Positions 28,267-34,392 of a stretch of 34,419 nt of DNA are shown here, in pieces (within the stretch, counting starts at the first letter, position 1; the number at the start of each line of letters is the position of its first letter). The position numbers and the translations under genes are program-made. The notes under the pieces were generated by a model. It saw nothing but the letters and a program-made list of their open reading frames with translations. It searched no databases and was not told the DNA's origin. The stretch spans positions 23,935-58,353 of the forward strand of contig MFGW01000180.1 in NCBI GenBank assembly GCA_001780385.1, read 5' to 3'. Source of the stretch: Candidatus Fischerbacteria bacterium RBG_13_37_8 (GTDB taxonomy: Bacteria > Acidobacteriota > HRBIN11 > MFGW01).

Positions 28267-29868
28267 ATGGAATCAAAAAACCATAGTATGACAACACGCA
28301 AAAAATTCCTTCTATTGACCGTGGCGAGCCTCACAGGCGCTATTTTGTTAGCATTATCGTTTCCAAAATGGGATTATTCTTTTCTGGCATGGATAGCTCT
28401 TATTCCCCTTATTTATGCAATGAAAGAAAATGCGCGAGCCAGTTTCTTTTATGGTTTTATTTATGGTGTAGTATGCAACTATATCACGTTTTATTGGGTT
28501 GTTCAGGTAATCGATGATTACTCTAACCTGCCATTGATATTAGCGCTCTTGCTCAATTTGCTTCTCTCATTTTATTTAGCACTTTATTGGGGAGTCTGGA
28601 CATGGTCTGGTTCATATTTTCTAAAGACATTGGGCAGTGGTGCTATCTGGATATTACCCTTTCTTTGGATCGTGCTTGAATATATCAGGAGTTATTTTTT
28701 AACTGGTTTTCCCTGGTGTTTGCTCGGCTATAGTCAATATCGATTTACTTCACTCTGTCAAATTGCTTCCATAGCAGGCGTTTATGGCATTAGTTTTACT
28801 ATCGTTGCTGCCAACTGTGTCTTATGCATATTATTTTTTAAAAGAATGCGACACCGCTATTGGTACGGAGCAATTATTGTTGTCGTATTGTATGTTGCGC
28901 TTGCAGTAACATGGGGGAATTTAAGAGTACGTAACTACCACGATAATAATGCCGTGGAAACCGTCGGTATTATACAGGGAAATATACCACAGGATCTCAA
29001 ATGGCTCGTATATTTATCAGATGCACATTTCAAAAAACATCTTATTCTGACGGGAAGTGCCATCTCCAACGGCGCAAAATTAATTATCTGGCCGGAAGCT
29101 GCCATCACTATCTTTTTTTTAGAAGATAAAGACAAACAAAATGAAATAATGCATATAGTAAAAGAAAGTAATGTGGGAATTCTTTTTGGCGGAGATTACC
29201 GGAATGAAAGCGATTCAAAGGTAAATTATTATAATTCAGCATATTTCATTAATCCCGATGATCACACCATTCAATTATACTCAAAAATGCATCTGGTACC
29301 ATTTGGAGAGTATGTACCCTTAAAAAAATTACTCTGGTTTGTCGATAAATTTGTAGAAGGTGTTTCAGATTTTTCAGCAGGAAGGGAATACATATTATTT
29401 AACTATAAAAATCATAGAATCAGCACTCAAATATGTTATGAAATTATATTCCCTGAGATTAGCAGGGCATTTGTAAAAAAAGGTTCAGAGTTGCTCACAA
29501 CTATTACCAACGATGCATGGTTTGGAGAAACATCTGCTGCTTATCAGCATTTTGCCATGGCGACAATTCGTACCATTGAAAACAAACGATACCTTGTCAG
29601 ATCAGCAAATACCGGCATCAGTGGCATTATAAATCCCGTTGGACGCATAATTCATGAAAGTGATGTATTCACTGAATTCGTCATTATAGATAAAATATCA
29701 TTTCTCAAGGAACATACTTTTTATACAAAGTATGGTGACTGGATATGTTATCTCTCAATTTGTATGATGCTTCTGTCAATGATTATCGCTGTTCGCATAC
29801 AAAAAAGAAAGGTAAAGGTTGAGGTTAAGGTTAACTTCTTCCTTAACTTCATCCTCTACCTTTCTTAA
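28267..29868 (+). CDS. lnt: Apolipoprotein N-acyltransferase Lnt
   Basis: Multi-TM N-terminus plus a CN-hydrolase domain with IWPEAA (Glu), KMHLVPFGEYVP (Lys), QICYEIIFPE (Cys) and ITNDAWFG. The last roughly 20 codons (RKVKVEVKVNFFLNFILYLS) run into a repeat hairpin. Confidence 0.9.
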   Translation: MESKNHSMTTRKKFLLLTVASLTGAILLALSFPKWDYSFLAWIALIPLIYAMKENARASFFYGFIYGVVCNYITFYWVVQVIDDYSNLPLILALLLNLLLSFYLALYWGVWTWSGSYFLKTLGSGAIWILPFLWIVLEYIRSYFLTGFPWCLLGYSQYRFTSLCQIASIAGVYGISFTIVAANCVLCILFFKRMRHRYWYGAIIVVVLYVALAVTWGNLRVRNYHDNNAVETVGIIQGNIPQDLKWLVYLSDAHFKKHLILTGSAISNGAKLIIWPEAAITIFFLEDKDKQNEIMHIVKESNVGILFGGDYRNESDSKVNYYNSAYFINPDDHTIQLYSKMHLVPFGEYVPLKKLLWFVDKFVEGVSDFSAGREYILFNYKNHRISTQICYEIIFPEISRAFVKKGSELLTTITNDAWFGETSAAYQHFAMATIRTIENKRYLVRSANTGISGIINPVGRIIHESDVFTEFVIIDKISFLKEHTFYTKYGDWICYLSICMMLLSMIIAVRIQKRKVKVEVKVNFFLNFILYLS

Positions 29869-29902
29869 CCTTAACCCTTACCTTTACCTTTCCCTGTTTT
29901 TT
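29807..29902 (+). terminator. Long imperfect hairpin built from GGTAAAGGTTAAGG-type low-complexity repeat, followed by a T-tract; likely lnt terminator
   Basis: 29807-29834 (gaaaggtaaaggttgaggttaaggttaa) pairs with 29865-29892 (ttaaccttaacccttacctttacctttc) at 25 of 28 positions. TTTTTT at 29897-29902. The lnt stop at 29866-68 lies inside the right arm. Confidence 0.6.
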
Positions 29903-29934
29903 CAGAGGAAACTGAATACTTACCGAACTGTTTC

Positions 29935-29963
29935 TTGACAAAACAGCGCTCCTGAATTACAAT
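29935..29963 (+). promoter_or_regulatory. Putative consensus promoter for the kinase-PqqD-rSAM operon (TTGACA-17 nt-TACAAT), -10 ends 6 nt before the ATG
   Basis: TTGACA at 29935-40, a 17-nt spacer, TACAAT at 29958-63, ATG at 29970. Confidence 0.5.
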
Positions 29964-29969
29964 TAGGCA

Positions 29970-30902
29970 ATGGAACTTACCGTAGCTGATGTAAAATATA
30001 ATTTTACTCCAAGAGAAGGAGATTTTTTACCTCGCATTGATTATTTCTGCACAAACTGTCACAAACCTTTCGGAAAAGAAACTATTGCCTTTAAGCAGGC
30101 TAATACAAAAATATGCATAGCAAACTTGACCAAAGAAGTTAAACAATACCTGTTCAACGTGCATGGTCCATTAATAGAAACAAATTCACAGCAATGCGAT
30201 AAGGTACTCGAAATTTATACGGCCGAGATAGATAGTTTTTTAAAATTTCCTACAGACAGTTATGAATACAGGAGATTCATACTTGATCAGGATCAGAATT
30301 ACATTTATTTTTGGACCTATCATCTTGCAGGATATATTGATAAAAGTACCTGGAAGGCTTGCGCATTTCTTTGCAATGAACAGACTCAAAAGAGCGCCTT
30401 TCTTATTAATGAACTTATTCTCGGATACTTTGCATGGTGGTCAATTTTTCATGGTGGTTTAATGATGCATGGTGCCAGCATTGTCAGGGACCAAAAAGCA
30501 TATATATTTTTTGGACCATCCGGAGCAGGAAAAACAACGATAAGTCGGCTTTCTGAACATTTAAAAATAATTAGCGATGAATATTCCATGATTTCTAAAA
30601 TTAACAGCAGTTATTTTGTATTTCGACCGCCACAGAAAAAAAGCATCACGAGACTCGATAACTGGCAGGAAGGATTTCCTCTCGCAGGAATTTACAGGTT
30701 AATACAATCGAATGAACGATTTATTGAAAAAATCCCTAAAGCACTTATGATATCTGAAATCCTCGCGAATCTGCTTTTTGCGCATGCCTATAATGTGTTG
30801 GGACTCCATGCTGTAGCAAATGCTGCTGCAATATTAGGTACGACGGAAAATGGTATGCTGCATTTCAAAAAAGATCAATTTTTTTGGGAGGTAATACCTT
30901 AA
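29970..30902 (+). CDS. HPr kinase-related (HprK-like) P-loop kinase with an uncharacterised N-terminal domain
   Basis: MMHGASIVRDQKAYIFFGPSGAGKTTISRL...KIISDEYSMI parallels the HprK C-terminal core (LHG..v...g.GvLi.G.SG.GKS......l.aDD). The roughly 160-aa N-terminal region has no motif I recognise apart from a single CxxC (FCTNCH). Confidence 0.75.
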   Translation: MELTVADVKYNFTPREGDFLPRIDYFCTNCHKPFGKETIAFKQANTKICIANLTKEVKQYLFNVHGPLIETNSQQCDKVLEIYTAEIDSFLKFPTDSYEYRRFILDQDQNYIYFWTYHLAGYIDKSTWKACAFLCNEQTQKSAFLINELILGYFAWWSIFHGGLMMHGASIVRDQKAYIFFGPSGAGKTTISRLSEHLKIISDEYSMISKINSSYFVFRPPQKKSITRLDNWQEGFPLAGIYRLIQSNERFIEKIPKALMISEILANLLFAHAYNVLGLHAVANAAAILGTTENGMLHFKKDQFFWEVIP

Positions 30903-30903
30903 T

Positions 30904-31188
30904 ATGATATTACTGGAAAAAAAGCCTGTTAAAAATGAAAAATATCCTTATCGGATAATTGATGGACAAGCCCTTATCATCGATCCCGCATCAAATGTAA
31001 TTAAACTCTTAAATGAAGTGGGAACAAAAGTGTGGGAATCTATTGATGGAGAAAATACTGGCAATGATATTCTTAAAATAATAATCGATGAATATGAAGT
31101 ATCTCCTGAAATTGCTAAAAATGATCTCGTCAAATTTCTTCAGGAGCTTCTCACCGGTGGTATTATTACAATAGATAACACTGCATAG
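30904..31188 (+). CDS. PqqD-family protein (RiPP precursor recognition element)
   Basis: 94 aa with the typical PqqD pattern KLLNEVGTKVWESIDGENTGNDILKIIIDEYEVSPEIAKNDLVKFLQELLTGGII. Its start lies 1 nt after the kinase stop (TAAtATG). Confidence 0.85.
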   Translation: MILLEKKPVKNEKYPYRIIDGQALIIDPASNVIKLLNEVGTKVWESIDGENTGNDILKIIIDEYEVSPEIAKNDLVKFLQELLTGGIITIDNTA

Positions 31189-31230
31189 TGCATATATGCT
31201 TTAATTAATAGTAAAAAATTAAAGGGAACA

Positions 31231-32304
31231 ATGGGAGAACTACCAAAACAAGCACAACCATTAAGCGCTATGAAAGCATTTCTCTTGAAAGCATTTCATC
31301 AGTGTGTACCATTAAGTCTTCAACTTGAACTTACTCAATCATGCAATTTAAAATGTCAGTTTTGTTACAGTGAGAATACGATGATTTTCCTGGAAACAGG
31401 AGCTGTATGCAAGGTAATAGATGATGCATGCACATTAGGAAGTTATATGCTTGCTCTTACTGGTGGAGAGCCATTACTGCATCCAGATTTTTTTACTATT
31501 GCCGAACATGGGAAAAAAAGAGGCTATTTGCTTATTATTCAAACCAACGGAATCATCATCGATGAGAATATTGCAGCTAAAATAGCCGCGCTTGCTCCCG
31601 CCGTCGTTGATATCAGCATACACGGAGCTAAAGCAGAAACTCATGAAGCTCTTACTCTGGTAAAAGGCTCATTCGATAAAGCAATAAATGCCATAAAACT
31701 ACTTAAGGGATTGGAATGCCCTGTTCGTTTTAAAATTCCAGTAACCAAAATCAACCAGGAGGAATTAGAACAAATAAATCAAATGGCAGAATCCATGAAT
31801 TGTTATGCGGTTTTTGATCCTTTTATAAGTCCCACGCTCAAGGGAAATACAAAACCATTAGAATTAAAGCCCGATTTTAGCAAATTATCACTCTATATTG
31901 ATTATTCAATTATTGATAATGAGGGTGACATACTTCAACTTACACCTCGCAGTCTTGATGAAGTACTGTGCGGTTTGGGAAGGATTCTTATTGCAATTAC
32001 AGCAGCAGGATTCATTCAGCCATGCATGAGAGTACCAATTACTCTCGGTTCAATTTATAAAGACAGTATCATTGAAGTATGGCACACAAATGAAAAATTA
32101 AAAGAATTAAGATACTTGAAAAGATTCACTATAGAAAAATGCCGCAATTGTACCTTGTTGGATTTTTGTTTTGTTTGTCCAGGACTTCAATTGCTTAAAC
32201 ATAATACATTTAAAATCCCCTACGAAGAGGCATGTGAAAATGCCCAATTACGCCACAAAAAATACCAGGAAAGCCTAAAAGAAAAGAATGAGAAAAAATA
32301 TTAA
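31231..32304 (+). CDS. Radical SAM enzyme with a C-terminal SPASM domain (peptide maturase type)
   Basis: CxxxCxxC motif (SCNLKCQFCY), GGEPLL, and a SPASM cysteine pattern: CGLGRILIAITAAGFIQPC ... CRNCTLLDFCFVC ... EEAC. Confidence 0.9.
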   Translation: MGELPKQAQPLSAMKAFLLKAFHQCVPLSLQLELTQSCNLKCQFCYSENTMIFLETGAVCKVIDDACTLGSYMLALTGGEPLLHPDFFTIAEHGKKRGYLLIIQTNGIIIDENIAAKIAALAPAVVDISIHGAKAETHEALTLVKGSFDKAINAIKLLKGLECPVRFKIPVTKINQEELEQINQMAESMNCYAVFDPFISPTLKGNTKPLELKPDFSKLSLYIDYSIIDNEGDILQLTPRSLDEVLCGLGRILIAITAAGFIQPCMRVPITLGSIYKDSIIEVWHTNEKLKELRYLKRFTIEKCRNCTLLDFCFVCPGLQLLKHNTFKIPYEEACENAQLRHKKYQESLKEKNEKKY

Positions 32305-32333
32305 AAAATTTTTAAAAAAAAGCCAAAAAACAC

Positions 32334-32362
32334 TTGACAAGGTTTTAAATATATATTACAAT
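32334..32362 (+). promoter_or_regulatory. Near-consensus sigma70 promoter (TTGACA-17 nt-TACAAT) dedicated to the small ORF
   Basis: TTGACA at 32334-39, a 17-nt spacer, TACAAT at 32357-62. AAGGAGG follows at 32382-88 and the ATG at 32394. Confidence 0.6.
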
Positions 32363-32393
32363 GCTATTTCGCTAAGTATTTAAGGAGGTTAAG

Positions 32394-32534
32394 ATGAGCG
32401 AAAAGAAATATTATGAAGAACCAAGAATAATCCACGAGCAAAAAGTTGAATTAACCGGTGGTGGCTGCGCACTTGAACCTGGTAATACCGTTTGCGAAGG
32501 CCAAGGTTATGTAATAACTACTACAGCGTCGTAA
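32394..32534 (+). CDS. Unannotated 46-aa ORF: candidate RiPP precursor peptide MSEKKYYEEPRIIHEQKVELTGGGCALEPGNTVCEGQGYVITTTAS
   Basis: Translated by hand and below the ORF-track size cutoff. It has an AAGGAGG SD 5 nt upstream, its own consensus promoter and a downstream terminator, and lies directly after the PqqD and rSAM/SPASM genes. It shows a charged leader-like N-terminus and a Gly/Cys/Thr-rich C-terminus. Confidence 0.6.
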   Translation: MSEKKYYEEPRIIHEQKVELTGGGCALEPGNTVCEGQGYVITTTAS

Positions 32535-32654
32535 AAGCAAAAAAAAGTGTAATCACGAGAAAATATTCCTAGTAGTAAAAGTACGTTTGCAGGATTAAAG
32601 AGACTGAAATACTGCATAAAGTGAAAGTGTGGTAATTGCAATTATCACTTTAAG

Positions 32655-32705
32655 AAAGGGATTAGGATTGTGATGATCTTAATCCCTTTCGTTTTTTTAT
32701 TTTTT
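32655..32705 (+). terminator. Rho-independent terminator after the small ORF
   Basis: 10-bp stem (aaagggatta 32655-64 pairing with taatcccttt 32680-89), a 15-nt loop, then cgTTTTTTTaTTTTTT. Confidence 0.7.
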
Positions 32706-32740
32706 GCGAGTTCTTCGAAGCAGATGGACTGTCATTATGA
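32704..32740 (-). repeat. Third copy (inverted) of the TCAYAATGACA...TCGCAA intergenic module
   Basis: ggactgtcattatga (32726-40) is the exact reverse complement of tcataatgacagtcc (25775-89). ttgcgag at 32704-10 matches the other end of the module. A partial fourth copy, gctcataatgac, lies at 32823-34. Confidence 0.7.
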
Positions 32741-32803
32741 TTCCCGCGTCAGCGGGACGTGATAATCCCTAATGGATTATCATAGCACATACGTTAAGGA
32801 TTA

Positions 32804-32831
32804 TTGATTTTGTCTTCGGCAAGCTCATAAT
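32804..32831 (+). promoter_or_regulatory. Putative promoter for the CsgG-like gene (TTGATT-16 nt-CATAAT)
   Basis: TTGATT at 32804-09 and CATAAT at 32826-31. The -10 lies inside the gctcataatgac repeat fragment. AGGAGG at 32849-54, ATG at 32860. Confidence 0.35.
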
Positions 32832-32859
32832 GACGATAATTTACATTCAGGAGGATAAA

Positions 32860-33747
32860 ATGAAAAAAACAATTATGCTATTTGTGGTAATGATTTTCCT
32901 TACCTCAACTTTTATGGTTAATGCAGCCGGAAAAGGAAAAGTCCGGATTGCCGTAATGGATTTTGAGAATAACAGTACATGGTCCTGGTGGGGAGATAAT
33001 TTAGGCAAAGCTGCGGCTGATGAATTAGTAACCCAATTAGTAAAATCAGGACAATTTTCTGTTATTGAAAGAGATAAGCTTCAGGCTGTTTTAGATGAGC
33101 AGGCATTAGGAGCCTCGGGAGCCGTTCAAGGTTCAACTGCAGCTAAAATTGGGAAAATACTTGGAATTCATTTAATCCTGACAGGTTCCATTACCAAATT
33201 CAGCATCAAAACAATGAGTGGTGGTTTTGGCGGTATTGGCGCTTCCTACTCAAAAGCTGAAAGTACCGTTGACGTACGATTGATAGATACCACAACGGGT
33301 GAGATTTTACTTGCAGATGAAGCATCAGGAGACAAGAAAATGGGCGGGGCGACTGTGAAAGGGGCAAGTTTTGAGCAACACTTTGATGCAGGAGTTGCGC
33401 AGGAAGCATTGCGACCCGCTATTCAAAAAATTGTTACTAAAATTGTAGCAAATTCAGAACAATATTCGCAATTAGCTCCAGTAGCAGCAGGGCTGGCTAA
33501 AATTGTTGACGTGAAATCTCCTCAAAAAGTGTATATAGATCTTGGAGAAACCGAAGGAGCAAAAGTTGGCGATCAATTTACCGTCGAGAGAGTAACTGAT
33601 TCAATTAAGGATGAAGACGGCAATGTGCTTGATGAAGTAAAAAGTCAGGTCGGCGTCATAGAAGTAACCCAGGTATTATCTAAATCATCTATTTGCAAAG
33701 TAGTGAGTGGCAGTGCACAAAAAGGAGATTCTGCTAAGAAAAAATAG
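32860..33747 (+). CDS. CsgG-family (curli secretion channel-like) periplasmic/outer-membrane protein with an extra C-terminal domain
   Basis: KVRIAVMDFENNS...LGKAAADELVTQLVKSGQFSVIERDKLQAVLDEQALG...AKIGKILGIHLILTGSITKF fits the CsgG-family core pattern. Start moved to ATG 32860 (AGGAGG SD; signal peptide MKKTIMLFVVMIFLTSTFMVNA-AG). No lipobox Cys is present. Confidence 0.7.
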   Translation: MKKTIMLFVVMIFLTSTFMVNAAGKGKVRIAVMDFENNSTWSWWGDNLGKAAADELVTQLVKSGQFSVIERDKLQAVLDEQALGASGAVQGSTAAKIGKILGIHLILTGSITKFSIKTMSGGFGGIGASYSKAESTVDVRLIDTTTGEILLADEASGDKKMGGATVKGASFEQHFDAGVAQEALRPAIQKIVTKIVANSEQYSQLAPVAAGLAKIVDVKSPQKVYIDLGETEGAKVGDQFTVERVTDSIKDEDGNVLDEVKSQVGVIEVTQVLSKSSICKVVSGSAQKGDSAKKK

Positions 33748-33780
33748 ATAACCGAACATATTTTTTTTGCACTATTGGAA

Positions 33781-33816
33781 AGGGATGCCCTGCTAGTGAT
33801 CGGCATCCCTTTTTTT
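33781..33816 (+). terminator. Rho-independent terminator after the CsgG-like gene
   Basis: Stem agggatgcc (33781-89) pairs with ggcatccct (33802-10), followed by TTTTTT at 33811-16. Confidence 0.75.
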
Positions 33817-33817
33817 A

Positions 33818-33846
33818 TTGACAAAATTATGATTCTATCGTATATT
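33818..33846 (+). promoter_or_regulatory. Putative promoter for the HNH gene (TTGACA-17 nt-TATATT)
   Basis: TTGACA at 33818-23, a 17-nt spacer, TATATT at 33841-46. Confidence 0.5.
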
Positions 33847-33870
33847 TATAACATTAAATGATAGGTGTTT

Positions 33871-34392
33871 ATGCACATCGATAAAAGAAAAGTGCTTGTT
33901 TTAAATAACAGTTATGAGCCCATTAATATTTGCTCATGGAAAAAAGCTATTATAATGATTATCAAAGGAAACGCTACCAGCCTTGAAGACACTGATATAA
34001 TAATAAATTCCCCTTCTACAAAATTATTACTTCCTTCAGTTTTAAGGCTTGCTCATTACGTTCCCGTACCTAAAATCAGAAATAAATTAAATAAATCATA
34101 TGTTTTGCTTCGAGATAGTTTTATTTGTCAATACTGTGGGAAAAAATTGAAAGAATCAGAAATAACACTTGATCATATTATACCTCGTTCACGAGGAGGG
34201 CGAAATAACTGGCAAAATCTTGCAACAGCTTGTCCGGAATGCAATTCTAAAAAAGGAGACAAATTACCAGAGGAAGCAGGTTTCAGATTAAAAAAAGATC
34301 CTCGTCGATACCAGCCTTTTTCCATGCTTTATCAGCTTCAATTCTGTGTCTATCTTGATGAACGATGGAAAAAATATCTTTTTCTTGATTAA
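33871..34392 (+). CDS. Small stand-alone HNH endonuclease (McrA/COG1403-like)
   Basis: HNH core LDHIIPRSRGGRNNWQNLATACPECNSKKGDK with flanking Cys pairs (CQYCG, CPECN) and the conserved N-terminus VLVLNNSYEPINICSWKKAI. ATG 33871 is preferred over GTG 33865. Confidence 0.85.
   Translation: MHIDKRKVLVLNNSYEPINICSWKKAIIMIIKGNATSLEDTDIIINSPSTKLLLPSVLRLAHYVPVPKIRNKLNKSYVLLRDSFICQYCGKKLKESEITLDHIIPRSRGGRNNWQNLATACPECNSKKGDKLPEEAGFRLKKDPRRYQPFSMLYQLQFCVYLDERWKKYLFLD

Noticed and set aside
30262-31133. Track ORFs 30262-30462 (+) and 30948-31133 (-)
   Set aside because: They are nested out of frame or antisense within the kinase and PqqD genes, whose own frames carry the diagnostic motifs.
29970-32534. 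PQQ biosynthesis operon, mycofactocin cluster or lasso peptide cluster
   Set aside because: PqqD and an rSAM/SPASM enzyme are present, but there is no pqqB/pqqC, no mftD/E/F-type genes or C-terminal GVY peptide, and no lasso cyclase (Asn-synthetase-like) or B2 protease. The peptide is also longer and different from PqqA and MftA.
32669-32761. Small ORF starting GTGATGATC... (MILIPFVFLFFASS...)
   Set aside because: It is made of the terminator stem, T-tract and repeat module, and has no SD. It is almost certainly non-coding.
33865-34392. HNH gene as part of a mobile element, homing endonuclease or restriction system
   Set aside because: There are no flanking inverted repeats, intron or intein context, transposase or methyltransferase in the window. 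It has an ordinary promoter and terminator context. This stays unresolved only because the downstream partner is cut off.
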